From Cycas panzhihuaensis (Eukaryota; Plantae; Cycadophyta): 64,000 nt of DNA. The notes beneath the pieces are model-generated. The model was not told the origin of the DNA, searched no databases, and saw only the letters and a program-made list of their open reading frames with translations. Both the position numbers and the translations under genes were made by a program. Where the stretch lies: contig CM041465.1 of NCBI GenBank assembly GCA_023213395.1, positions 206,715,741 to 206,779,740 of the forward strand, in the 5' to 3' direction. Positions 23,440 through 37,110 of the stretch are shown in pieces. Position 1 is the stretch's first letter; every line of letters begins with the position of its first letter.

Positions 23440-26400
23440 ATGAAATAACCTTTATTCAGCCTTTATGGATGAACTTGAGTTTCCCTAAATGGGACAAACA
23501 CACGGCTCCTATCTAATCAATCCATAGACATCCCAATAAAAGATTGTATTCACGTCTATGTCGAGGACTACGATGTCAGTGAGGATAATTTTGTCCTCAA
23601 GGGTAAGAGGAATGGAAACCAACACCAAGGGCATCTTCTCACTACCATCATAACCTTGACAATGCTAAGGGACCAGCTTAAGAGTAGTTATGTCCAACTC
23701 TTGTATGATTCACAAGGGCATAGGATTAAGGGAAGAGATGTTATCTATAACAATTCTTTGAAGAGTACATTCAGGTGTGTCTATGGATATAGTGAAAGGG
23801 TAGTACCATTGGCATTGCCTTTCATGGGTTGGAGGGAGATCTTTAAGGTCAAACAAGATGACAGGTTTATGGCTTGGGGTAACACTCAAGGCATGAACAA
23901 AAGCATCAACTAATCCTAAAGCCTCTAGGAGGAGAGCATATTTCTCTAGGTAGCTTCTGAAGATATCCATCATGGACATTCCTATAGCCATGGTGTATAA
24001 CTCATCAATGATAGAGAAGGGTTTCCCCTTCATGGTAGGTTGGGGAAGCACCCTTCAAAAATCATAATGACTGGGGCAAACGGGGATTGTCTTAGGGGGC
24101 AGTGGGATCTCTGAAGGAGGATTCTCTAATGGAGGGTTAGGATGAGAAGAAGAAGAAGCACCTCTTACTTCTTTAACTGCTTAGTACCAAGTTAAGGAAT
24201 ATAAAGGCATGGTCTCAAGCATCTAGATGACTCTCTTTCTCTTATCTTAGGATCAAGAGGGATAAGGAGTTTAGTGGTAGGAATTAAAAGAGGATGAAGA
24301 GTTCCTTACCCCCTTCCCCTTAGATTATATGGGGTGAGGGTTAGAGGACCTTCCCTTATTTTGACTCCCTTTTTTCTAGGCACATGGATCCTGTTCCTTG
24401 TGTTTGGGGAAAGGATCCTTATGAATGGGTTGGTCCAGGTTGAGCCTAGATGCCTATTTAGGAGAGGAGTCATGATGTGGGGCTGATTTAAGATGTTATG
24501 CCCTACATTGTGAGTCCTCATAGAAGCACTCACCATTAATGGAGCACCATCTCTTCTCCAAGGAAGAGGTTATCTTCCTCACTTGAGAAGTATGGGTATC
24601 TCTATTCTTGAGAGGTGTATCTTGAGAAGCTTAATGAACAAGTTTATATGAGGTAGGCGATAAAGGCACTTGGAGTTTAAGCTCCTTCATTATATGATCA
24701 AAGGAATATATAACAAAAATCAAGGGGTCCAAGGTCTTCTTTGTCGAATGAGTCGAAGACCTAGGAGGTCGTTGGGTTTTGGTGTCACGGGATAGAGGGG
24801 GTGCCTCACGTCATTGTAATAACCTAAGAGGTATTTTAAGACCTGCTCAGATCTCAATGGCCTCAAGAGCCAAACATTTAGCTATGGCAGAGTCACATGT
24901 TATTGCCTCCATCTTGAGGACTTCAATATGTACATTGGGGCAAAAAACATTTATAAAAAGATCACTCCTTAACTCCTTGGGTGAAGTTTCCTTCATGGAG
25001 TGGAGGAGACCATGGAAATACCTCACAAAGTCATGATTCATTTCATTCTAACCTTGTTTGAGGGATAAGAGAGCCTTCGTTATGCTCTCAAAGGGACAAG
25101 CAATATCTAAATAATTGACAAACTCATCGACGAGTTGCTAGAATGAGTGGATGGAGTATGTGGGAAGGTGATAGAACTATTTAAGGGAATCATCTTATAG
25201 AAAATGTGGGAAACGTTTCATTAGGATGTGGTCATATACCTAATAATCAATGAACTCCATAGAAAAGCTTATAACGTGCTCTGTTAGGTCTTTAGAGGAG
25301 GTTCTGTTAAACTTGGGCACCTCAGGAGGGTGAGGCAAGTAAGTTGGTTCTTAATGCCTCAATGGATAAGGGAGTTGACCTATAGTCCATGAAAGGATAG
25401 GCCCTTGGTTGGACCATTGGGTCAATGAAGGATGAAGGGAGAGGTGGGCAAGGATGCCCAAAGCCTCCTTGGGAAACTTGGCTTGAAAGGGGATATAAAC
25501 TTCCTCCCACTTTGTGGGAGGGAACTAATCCTAAGTGTGAGGGGATCAGAAAAGAAGTGGATGGGTAGGAGGGACCCATCCCTCCTTAAGAGTATACCTC
25601 TTATTGAAAGGGGACTTAAGAGAGGGTACCTTGAGAAGGGGTTGGCCCTCCTTGTGAAAACACTACAAAGAGAAGAGTTTAAGAAGAAGGGATAGATGGG
25701 TACAGGATTGGATTTTTCTTATACAGAATACTTATAGGTGGTGCAATACCATATGGATGCAAGGGATCTACCTTATAAATGGGAAGAGAATTCTCCTTAC
25801 CATGCTCCCATGGTTAGGAAGTATGTCTTAGGGGTACGTAAAGGGATAAATCCTAGAGTTGAGTTCAAGAATTTGTGGGGTCTTATCCCACATGGCTAGA
25901 AGTAGGGGGATATGTAGGTCCCCTAGATCCAACGGGAGACAGATGGACTATGATCAGTTGGTGCATAGTCAGTTGGCTAGAAGGAGGCATACTCAACCTA
26001 AGTTGGGAAGTAGATATGCCTCAAGTGGCTGCTAAGAAATACAGGCCACAAGAAAAATAAGGCATAATGAGGGAGGCCCCCATTACAGATAGGTAAGTTG
26101 AATGAAATCAATGTGAAGGAGGGAAGTGCCACTCTTTGCAAGATGCTATCCAACCATTTGGGAGGTGGTTGGAGGTTAGCCACTTGGAAGCATTGATTAA
26201 TCGCTTTCACCATGTCCACATGTAGGGTATCCACCTACTCGTATGAGGTAGAAGGATCCTCATACAAAGTGGACACGACAGGGTGATCCTCATGGGCATT
26301 ATCACCAGGATGGTGGTATCCCATGAGAGAAGATACTTCCACTTCGTGAGTGGAAAGATGATGAACTTGTGGGTGCTCTCGGTCACCTGAGTAAAATATG

Positions 26401-26700
26401 GGATCCTCACCCTCTTGGGTGGGTCCCTAGAAAGAAGTAGAGGGTTGGTGGGACTCATAAACATAGGCACGGTACATCTAATCTGAAGCAAATCCCTCCA
26501 TGATCAATTTAGAATACAACGATGGAAGGGGAAAATAAGGAGAGTCTTCCAACAAGGGAGGGAGACCCTATAAACGACGAGAAATCATTGCATACAAGTC
26601 CTTCCATAAGAGTTAGAAGAAAGAGGAGTGACAAAATGATAGAGATTGTGGGATACCTAATGAATCAACGAGGGCTACCAAAAAGAGAAGTAGAACTAAG
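23440..26700 (-). pseudogene. gag and aspartic protease remnant of element B
   Basis: Gag motif EVPKFN...YDHILMKRFPHFL*DDSLK*FYHLP..SIHSF*QLVDEF at ~25100-25320. Protease motifs RIVIDNISSLNPMP (~23710-23750) and YNLLLGCLWI (~23520-23550). Confidence 0.85.
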
Positions 26701-26735
26701 AGAAAAAAGACTAGGATAGACGCATTACTGATGAG

Positions 26736-26753
26736 TCCCTAGTATAGTCGCTA
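26736..26753 (-). promoter_or_regulatory. PBS (tRNA-Arg type) of element B
   Basis: Minus-strand tagcgactatactaggga lies 1 nt after the LTR end CA. Confidence 0.85.
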
Positions 26754-26754
26754 G

Positions 26755-28128
26755 TGGAGGCGAATCTTTGGGGGGTCACTAGATTCAAGGGGGATCAAGC
26801 CTATTTAAACAACAACTAAAGGCTAAAAGATCTTTAGGAGCAAGGGAGAGGATTACCCACAAAGGGTGTCTATATGTCAGAACATAGGTTCGAGGACCCA
26901 TAAATGGTGCATAAACTTCCCCTTAAGGTAAGCACCTTCTCGATATCGCAGCGGGCAAAGGGAGGCTCCCTCAATTTGTTGAGTAGCCTAAAAAGGATCT
27001 TCTTATCCTGGATGGCCAAGGAAAGAGGATCAAACTTGGGGACACCCTTCCCAAGAAAAAGGGAATGGAAGAGGTAGGTCTTAATCGAAATGAAGGGTAC
27101 CCGCGAGAAAGAAATGGATAACTGATAATGAAAGTGTAAGTGGGAAGTTGTAAAAGGGCTAACTTCCAAATACAAATGAGGTGAAGTGACACCCTACCAA
27201 AGGAAGGAAAAGGGACCTTAAGGGGGATGCCCCTAAGGTGCCTATACCTAGAACGGGTGGCTAGATGCAAGGAGTTAGGCAACATATTTTTGTTTCTTTG
27301 TTTCTGTTGTATAATGAAGTGGTATGGTGATATGAGTCATTGTTGTTCTTAGTTTACACTTGAATAAAAAGGAAGAAAAGAAGATAACAACTCTCTCTCT
27401 CTTTCTAGATCTTAGCCTCCCTCTCTTTGTCTTTTTATAAGCACAAAAAGGAAATAAGCAGGAACGAAGCATAGGAAGGGAATGCAAGGACTAATGCAAG
27501 TTAACCCAATGGTGCATGGGAAAGAGGACAGGATGGGAGTAGAGGAACTCACAACCTTTCACACTCAAACTCTAGTGAATGTAAGGTTTTGAGCTAAGAG
27601 AGGGGGGTAAAGATGTAACTAGTAGGGATCGACACCTACTTATGCAAAGTAGTTACACTTCCCCTTATATGATCAAACAAATCAAGCAATGAATAGTGAA
27701 GCACAAAACTATATTTTCCTTTGTTCCTTCTTTTCTTCTTTTGGGAATAAGGGGGGAAAAGAATGAGTGAGAGGATGGGATGAAAGAAATGCACCTAGAA
27801 ATAAGATAATCAATGTAGAGGCCCTTTCACTTTCTATATGATCCAGTCTCATCCACCCAACACTCCTTGTCACAATCAATATTGTGAGAGGAATACCAAT
27901 GGGGCTTCCTTACCTTCCCCAATGTCCAAATGTAGAAAGAACCAAAGGAAAGAAAGAAAGAGTTGCTTACAATAAGATTTCAAAATAATGCAATGATAAC
28001 AAATGAGATATGCATACCTTTCGTGAAGTCCCTTAGTTGCTCTAAAAGGGGAAAAACTGATGCAACAAATGGTTTACCCTCTCGCAAGGGGCACTAGGCA
28101 TACATAGGAGTGAAAAAATAAAATAAAA

Positions 28129-28224
<96 letters not shown>

Positions 28225-30037
28225 TATTTAAAGGAAAAAAGGAAAGGAAGTTACCTTATATAAATCCTTCAAATGAGTACAATATACAATGTTAGTTTTG
28301 CTTATTATTCATATAATGTGTTTCAATGATTACAGGAAAAGGGGGGAGAAAGTAAGAAGGAAGGGAGGCCTCAGTATGGCAAACCCTTTGAATGATGTAT
28401 CTCCACATACCCAAGTACTTAAGTGGTTGATCAAGAAAGGAGCTAAGATCATCTAATAATAAAAGGGGCAACAAATTTTGTATATGGAAAAATGTTACAA
28501 AAAGTTGTAAAAGTTGCAATGTGCAACTTTTACAAGATTTGTAAAAATATGGCTAAGGCTATATGAATCCAAGGAGCTACTACTAAAAACTAGATTTTAT
28601 TGGGCTATGATGGCTAGTTATAGGCATAGCAAGGTACTACTATTGCTACAACTAACAAGTTTCCCTACCCCCAAGGATTTCTAGGTGAACAAGGGAGGTA
28701 TAGGGAGAAGAAAAGAAGCAAAGAGTAGGGGCTACCCTTGGGGAGATGGCAAAAGGATGTAGAACCCTACCTAGAACTCCTTTCTCTTTTCATTGGTCTC
28801 TTTTCTCTCCATCTCCTTGAGTGGGCTTGAGGGAAACCTCAAGGTGGAAGGGAACAAGCCAACAAAGGGGAGGTTTTGCCTCCCAAAATGAAGAAATAAG
28901 AGGTAGCTTCACATAGTAAATGAAAAATCAATCAAAGAAAATCTTATTCTCAAGCAGAGGAAGGATGTGCAGGACTAAAAAGTACCTGGTAAGAATAGAT
29001 CTGAGGTAGATATACCTTGTATGTTAGCTAGGAAAGAGATTTCCTTTAGAGGATTGTTGAAGAACCCCTATAACGATGCAAGGAGGGAGCATAACCTACA
29101 ATAAACTTGATGCTTAAGACTTGGTGGAGAACTTATGGAGAATATTTATCTTGAAAACTTATTATTGTAGCCATACACCTTAGGATTTTACCCTAAGGAA
29201 GAAGATGGTAGGAGTAGAAGACAGGTACAATAGGAGAGAACTTTTGTTTTCAGAAGTTTTCTTAGAGATAAGGAGGAAGAAGAGGAAAAATGAGGTAAAT
29301 TTTAGGTTTTTAAACCCAACCCTAGCCTAACGGGTAATTAGGGCTTGCCCTAGGTGGGAAACTATTTGGCATCATGTGTCAATTTTACATTTAATATGAA
29401 ATTGGTTGTGGCCAGATAAAAAAATAAATTTGGATAGTTGCAACATAGCAAACTTCGTGGTATCATGAAGTTAGCAGTGGTACCACAGAATTTGTAGCAG
29501 TGCCCTCAAGACTAGGAGAAAATAAAAAGAGGAGCTCAAAAGGCTCCCCAAAAAGAGGGCCCTAGACCCCAAAAGGGCTAACTAATGCATTGCTAAGGTG
29601 CCAAGGGGATTTTAGAACCTAGAGGGACCATGATGAATATGAAAAGGGTGGTGACAAGGCCCCAAAAGAAGGACAAGTGGCAAATAAAAACGATGACCAG
29701 GCCTAAACGTGTTACTAGGGATCACGCCGTGCCAAGGAATGATAAAGGATGGGGTTGCAGGAGCCAAGAGTACTTAGAGGCATTGTGGAGGCATGGCAGA
29801 GGGTTATAAGATGCCATGGGATATGTATCCTAAGTTTTCATAGGCTAGAATATTCTGTGCAAACATGAATCTAGAGGCAGGACAAGCATAATGATCATAT
29901 AATTAATTAATCAATCATACAATGCATATTTATTGATAATCCAACATCATCCTAAAGACAATGAAAGTGAGGATAGACACATACCTATACTTACCTAAGG
30001 TGAGTCGTCCATGTCCATTCCCGGTGGTCGTGAAACA
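26755..30037 (-). repeat. 5' LTR of element B
   Basis: tggaggcgaatctttgggggg...ggtcgtgaaaca, followed by TSD ctagc. Confidence 0.93.
28113..28222. repeat. Compound (TAAA)n(TA)n(CA)n microsatellite inside LTR
   Basis: Visible runs. Confidence 0.95.
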
Positions 30038-30321
30038 CTAGCCTATGTATTTTTTTCTTATCCCTTTGTATTACTCTATAAAGTACCTCTCTTTTTTTTT
30101 TAATTTGGTTTAAATAAATAGGGGGATTTAGAAGGGGACCCCAACCCTTATACAAAATCTACCAGATCATTTACAAAAGATCTAACTTGCCAAGACCACG
30201 ACCTAGTTAACCAGAATAGCCTTTTCTACCTAGCCACGATAAGCCCAGTGGTTAGCTAAGAAATCTGTGGGTAGTAACAAATAATGTCTGACCTAGAGTA
30301 TCTGCTAGAACCTATTCCTTC

Positions 30322-33300
30322 CTAGTCTTTCCTAATCATGCCTATAATATCCTTAAGAAAATCGTCCCTCCACACTTTGGCCCTTTTGAATTGTACCCCC
30401 CAATTTGCCAATCTATCATCAACCTTATTTCCCTCCTTATAAGTATGAGTCATCTGAACACTTTCTCTATCTTTAGGAAGCTCCTTTGCATCATTAATCA
30501 TGGCCTTGAGCTTACAATCTAACTTTGGTTCACCTCTAATCAATCTTATCACATTTAGGGAGTCCCCTTCCACAATGACCCTTTGGATCCCCTCTTGGGA
30601 TATCATATCTACTACTTTATGCACCGTACTAAGCTCAGCTTGGTGGTTTATTTGGGTATTCTAGTACTTAACAAAAGCCTAGATAACCTTGCCCTCCTTG
30701 TCCCTACATAGTCCACCGCCCCCAACCTCCCCTAGGTTACCTTTTGAAGCTCCATCAAAATTTACTTTAGACCAATTATCCAGAGGGGGGTGCTAGTAAA
30801 CTTGTCCTTTTGTTTACACCTTGAGGTTTTATAATGTTACGTCCCAGTTTGCCAAAATCCTCCTTTTCTTAGGAGATATATAACTATCTTCATTGTCCTT
30901 TAAGATTTCTTTAAGAGCAGTAGTAATCATCCTAAATAACTTACACATGCTTATATTTATATCTTGGAAAATATACCTATTCCTTTCTTTCCACATATTC
31001 TAAACTAGCATAGGCAAGAATGTCATCCATACAAATCTCAAGGTCCTGCTTCTGAAGGTATAAGATCAAGTCGATGCCATATCCTTTACTGACCTAGGTA
31101 AGACCCAAGCAACCCCGAAAGTGCTCTAAAGCTTTTCCCATACCTCCCTAGTATAGGGACAGTGCAATGCTATATGATCTAGTGACTCCTCCTCTCGAAG
31201 GCAGAGAGAGAACTTGTTCACCAGTGAGAAACCTCATTTCCTAAGGTTGCCAATGGTCAGAATCTTATTCTTGAGACATAGCCACTAGAAGAAGGCAACC
31301 TTAGGAATTATATCCATTTTCCAAACACCCCTTAGCATGCTATTTTTATTTAAACCATTTCTAGATATTAAAAATAAATAGCTTGATTTTATAGAATAGT
31401 CCCGCAATGTGGATCCAAGCAAAACTAAAGAATCTTCTTTTGGGAATCTGGTGATATACATTTTATTAAGATCATTCCTGAGAGCTTCTACATAGGCTAG
31501 AGGTATTTTAGCAAGACTTCTCCATTTCATTTTCCCCTCCTAATCCTCCCAATAGTTCTCCACCTTTTTACCATAGAGGTTTTCATATATGCCTTGGAAA
31601 GGAGGGAGAATAGGGCTCTTGCTCATCTGGGTGTGGCTACACCAAATATCCTACCAAAAATCAATTGACTTCTCATTCCCTAAGTACTAGTTGGCCCCCT
31701 CCACCAACATCTTCCTTGCATATACAAGGGCCATCCATATAGTAGATCCCTAGTTACTGAGAGGGTTTTGTTTCATATACTAATTATCTCTAAGATATTT
31801 TTATATAATTATCCTACACCATAGATTCTCATCTTTTTTTGCTAGACTTCAGCCTAATTTAGCAACCAAAGCTTTGTTAAAACATGTAATATCCTTGATA
31901 TTTAGGCCCCTAGCCCATTTAGGAGTTCAAATTTTCTTCCAAGATACTAAGTGAATTATGTACCTATCCTCAACCCCAGACCGTAGAAACCTTTTCTGAA
32001 TGGACTCAAGAGCCTTAATAACCTTCTTTAGACACCTAAATAAGGGCACCATGTAAGTCAAAATGGTCTAGAGAGATGCCACCAGTAATTGTAGTTTGCC
32101 AGCTTACCTGAGTAAGGCCCCTTTCTAGCCTACTAGTTTTGCTTAGATATGATTGATAATTGGATTCCAGAAATCCTTCTGTATTCTTCCCATGAATAGG
32201 GGCATACCAAGATACATCGTAGGAAGATTCCTAGAGGGCATTTCTAAGATCCTACTAATATTTCTTTGAGTCCACTCCAATGTATTTAGAAAATAAATAT
32301 TACTCTTATTAAGGTTAACCTTCTGATTAGTAGTCACTTCAAACCTCTCAAGCACTACTTTTATGGCTCTAGCATCCAGTGTGGCTACCCTAATCAGTAA
32401 GATATTATCATTTATAAAGTGATGATGAACCACATTATCTACTCCCGAAGTGGGCTTTAAGCCCATAATCTTCTGTGCAATCCTAGCCCCTTTAATAGTT
32501 TTGCCTAGCAACTCGGCCATAATAATAAACAGGTAAGGGGCTGTGGGATCATCTCATCTTAGACCCCTATAACCTAGAAGAAAAGCTATAGAATTTCCAT
32601 TAACAATCACAGAAAATGTTGGTTTAGAAATACAACTTTCTATCCATTTCCTCTATCTTTCATTGAACCTGAAAGCTTTAATACATTTAGTCAAGAAGCT
32701 CTACGAAACTCTATTGTAGGCCTTTAAAAGATCAATCTTGATGATCATACCAAGATCTTTCCTCTACACAATCAAGTGAATTATTTCATGAACTACAATG
32801 ATTCCATCCAAAATTTTTCTTCCCTTTACAAACCCATCCTGACTAGGGGCTATTATCATATGGAGAATATCATTTAATCTGTTTGCTAAGATCTTTGCCA
32901 GGCTTTTCTATTTCATGTTACATAAGCTAATAGACCTAAAACTCTCCATACTCTTTGCATCCTTTTTTTTTGGGACAAGGACCAAAAAAGTGCCCTGCCA
33001 TTCTCCATGAATCTTTCTATTCTTAAAGAATTCCACCACTGCTTTGAAGAGATCCTCTTTAATAATATCCCAGTATTCCTAGTAAAAACTGGGAGGAAAA
33101 CCATTGAGACCAGGAGCCTTCTCTCTCTTCATACTAAAAACTACTTTCCTCATCTCATCCATTGAGAAGGGAGCTCCTAAGGCTCTATTCATTTCATTCC
33201 TAACCTTGTTGGGGATCATAGTCAGTAAATCTCTTTTGTCTTCCTCATCCACATAGCTAGGTTCATTAAATTACTCTTTGAAGTAATCCACAACTACATC

Positions 33301-34494
33301 CTTTATAGCTTTATGCTCTGTTATTAACTCCATATCCTTGCTAACCAGAGTTTTTATTTGATTGCATGATCTATGTTTCAGAGTCATCATATGAAAAGAT
33401 TTTATGTTTATATCACCTTTAGCAAGCCATAAAGCCCTAGATTTTTATCTCTAAAAAATTTCCTCCTTAGCCAAAACTCCCTTAAGATTAGACAAGAGTC
33501 TTCTCTCAAATTGATCTAGGAGTAAGGACCTCCATTTCACCTAGATCTTTTCCTCTAGGACCTTTAGTTCCTCTAAGATTTGATCCATTAATACAAAAAT
33601 ATCACCATGGATTCTCTTATTCTAATCTTTTACCTAATGCTTCACTCAGTTTAATTTTTTCGAGAATCTCAGCATCACATAACCCTGTACGAGGATCTTC
33701 CACCACTCTGAGATTAGATTTTAGAGTCCTAAGTCTTTCATCCATATTAATTTAAAGCTGAATGGGGCCCCTATATGGCCTTTATTTTCATCGAATCCCA
33801 ACATTAGGGGAGAATGGTCTAAGACCATCTTTGACAAAGCTTCCAGAGTTATGTTACTATGCCTACTAGCCTAAGCATAGTTGACAAGCACTCTATCTAG
33901 TCTAACCTATACATGATTATCTCCCAATCTTCTATTCAACCAGGTATAGTTGGGATCCTTCAGAAAAACATCCATCAGGGCTCCCTTTTGCATGAACTCC
34001 CCCAAATCCTCCATGCTTATTATCCACCTAGGTTGACCACCTTTCTTCTCCTTAGGGGTAAAAGTTGTGTTAAAATCATCCGTGATCAACCAGGGCCCCT
34101 TCCATTCCTTATGGACTTCCAACATCCTGACCCATAAACGATTCCTCCCCTCATGTGCTAAGGGGGTATATACATTAGAAACCAGCCACTTACTATTTGA
34201 TTTCCTGTATGTTAGCCACCTAGAGATAAAGTGCTCTTTGATATGGTAGACCTTCTCCACCTAGCCTCTGGGATTACACATGGTGGCTATTCCATCTGAT
34301 CCCTTATAACCATATGAAACTGTCTACTTAGCACCCCTCCATATTCTGTTCTTAATTTTTTCCCTATTCTCAATTTCTAATTTGATCTCTTTGAGGAGAA
34401 GGATATCCAACTTCATATGATCATATAACTCTTTTACCATTCTTTACTTTGATGGGGCATTTATGCCCCTTATTTTCCAGGAGGTGAGCTTCAT
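30322..34494 (-). pseudogene. LINE ORF2 pseudogene: APE endonuclease, RT, zf-RVT, RNase H
   Basis: MKLTSWKIRGINAP, PWLITDDFN, YTWLNRR, IKIDLLKAYNRVS, YLGMPL, PKVAFF*WL, WSKVNFDGASKGNLG, VIVEGDS and HTYKEGNKVDDRLANWG. Confidence 0.92.
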
Positions 34495-34499
34495 GTTCC

Positions 34500-36443
34500 T
34501 CTCCTCCCTATTAGGATTCAACATCTTTTACTTTTAGTTTTGGGGCCTTGGTCTCCACCCCTATCTCTGAAGGTTCTTTGAGTCCCCAAATCTATTTGTA
34601 ATGCTGCCTCCCTTTTACACACAAACCTTCAATGGTGGTCCCCCAAGCCTCTTCTCATTGCCATAATTTAGACTTTTAGGATTTACTAAATCCTTGCCTT
34701 CCCATGTTCCTAAATCCCTAACCTTCTAGACATTCTCAAACCCCCTTTTCTCTTCTTGCCCATATGAGGATGGGCCTCCTATCCTAGGCTCTTTTAACTC
34801 TTTGATATCCTTATTGATCTCCTTGTTAATAACTTTTGTTTGGATTTATTCAATTTGGATCTAGGTAGGGATAAGGGGAGTAGCCATTTCTTCCTCCCCA
34901 TCTTCAAAAAGAGTATCTTCTTCCTCTAAATTTAAGTCATATCCTAGTCCAGTTGAGACTTGTTCCTATCCATTCTCTATTTGATTTCGTTCCTATCTAG
35001 CCTTTGTTTGAGTTTCATCATTCCTCTTTTCCTCTTCAAACACCTTTTTTGGGTTGTTTTTTCTTATCCTTATCTTTATCAGTCCCCAAAAGATTTTACC
35101 TTAAATCCCCTAGATAGCTATAAGGGAGGTGGCCTAACCATTTACACCTTGAACACCTCACATTCTCAAGCTCAAACATTAGTTTTTGATCCATGTTCTA
35201 GTAAGATTTATTAATAAGAACCTTATCAGGTAGAGGTTTATCCGTTCTAACTAGAATACAAAGCATAGCATTCACAAGTCTACTTCTATTCTTTATGGTT
35301 GAATACATTTCCAATAGGGGTCCTATAGCCTTTGCTACCTTTCTGATAACATCCAAATCCTAGGCTTGAAGGGAAAGGCCTAGAAGTTAGATTGAGAGAG
35401 GAATTTGCTTTATAGATCCCTCACTCAGATTGAAGTTTGGGTGCTATTTCTCCATTAACACTGCCTTCCTTGCTATCATCCAAGGATATTTTAATAACAC
35501 GCTTACCATATCTTCATGGAGAGTAGACTTAAAAAGTACACACCCTTCAGGAAGAACAATAACCTCCATTGAACCTTTTAGCTTCCACCTTTAGCTCACC
35601 CATTTCCTTATGGGATCCACCCCTAGCTTGGGGCCTAAGAAGCACCCCACTAGACTATTCCCCTAGTATTTTTCCATCTGATCTGATAGTCTTTTAGGAA
35701 CCAAGATTCTAAAATGATTCTCATCTATAATAGGATTAATTTCAAATGACTCCCCCTCTTCATTTCTAAGTGTCTATAGGTATAGTTTACCCCTAAGGGG
35801 GCTATGAGTCTGATTCAGGTTTTAGGCTTGATTAGATAAGGGATCCATATCTTGTTTATATGGTTCCTCCATAATTTAAACTTCCATCTAAACCAGGACT
35901 AAAACCAGATGCTTAAAGAAAAATAAGAGAAAACTTATCTCCGCTCAAGATGAACCCAATCTAGAATCCAACTTGTCCTCTTCTTTGCCTATTCCTAGCT
36001 TTAGATCTATTCTCCTATTTGCAGAACTACATCTCCTAAGGGCCTTCTATCTCTTCTCTCGAAGCCTAAATCTATTCCATCTAATGATGCCTTATCCTAT
36101 CACTCCTTACAAGGACCTCAAACTCCTCATTAATTCTTGCTCTAGCTAGTTATACTAAACCCCAAATTAGGAGGAGTTCCTTAATCAACTTACAGGATGG
36201 ACGAAAGCCTCTGAAATTGCAATGGTTAATATCTTATATGCCTTCATGTGGTTTCCTCTAGAACATACTCCATAGGGGAGGTGAAGACTGTTGCTTAAGT
36301 CCTCCTTGGTGCTCGATAAACCTTTGTGTGGTCCCAACTAGAGCATAGTCCTAAAAATATGTAGCTTTATAAATCTGGGGGCTCGCCCCCCTATCTTTTA
36401 TCTGCAATTCTCCCAGGTTGCCCAGTCTTAAAACCCTAGCCAT
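34500..36443 (-). pseudogene. LINE ORF1 pseudogene (DUF4283-type)
   Basis: LVGCFLGPKLGVDPIRKWVS*RWKLKGSMEVIVLPEG...YPWMIARKAVLMEK*HPNFN at ~35430-35655. Candidate ATG at 36443. Confidence 0.75.
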
Positions 36444-37110
36444 CTTTGATCCTCAACCATAATTTTCTCTTCACATATAACTTCTCTACTCTTCACCTTG
36501 ATCTCACTTATTGAAACTTTAACTTATCAATAAAGATTTAGGAAATTACATCACTCCATAAAGTACCTTCACACAACATTACCAAAAACCTTTTTACATA
36601 AGTAATACCTAGTTCTTATTCCTTACTAGTTTCCTTTAACCTTCTCAAACCCTAAGTTCCCATATACATCTAAATTTTCTTACTTTTCATTTTATATAAT
36701 ATCATCATCATCATCATCTGTAGATTCCTCCTATTAATCTCTTATCCAACCTAGCCTTCACATATTGCATTCCTCTATCAAATCCCTATATATACTTCCC
36801 CCTACTTTTCTCCTTGATATAACTCATGCATATCCTTTATACCCCATGTTTTTTAATTCTATGTCCTTAATGTGTATTTATATATATCTCTTTTCATGTA
36901 ATCTACCCCTCATATTCTATGTCCCCTATATGGATTTTCACTCTTACACTCTAAAGCACTAGTCATAGGAGAGGAGAATGAATAACATAACTCATCAAAC
37001 AAACCCTAAGGACAAAGGGAATTTGTGTTAATTAAGGGATGAACTTGTACCTCTTATAGGGCACCTATGCATCTCATAGACCAAGTGTAGAGACAAAAGA
37101 CCATTAAGTT

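Larger units (their letters stand above)
13286..30037 (-). mobile_element. Tat-type (TatIII-like architecture) Ty3/gypsy LTR retrotransposon lacking RT (element B)
   Basis: Direct repeats of ~3.2 kb, TSD CTAGC (13281-13285, 30038-30042), tRNA-Arg PBS, PPT, gag/PR/INT remnants and extra 3' ORFs. Confidence 0.93.
30092..36545 (-). mobile_element. Full-length L1-clade LINE (element C)
   Basis: Poly(A) at 30092-30101 (-), ORF1 and ORF2 remnants, and a flanking direct repeat ttgtattactctataaagtacct (30066-30088) / ttacatcactccataaagtacct (36546-36568). Confidence 0.9.
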
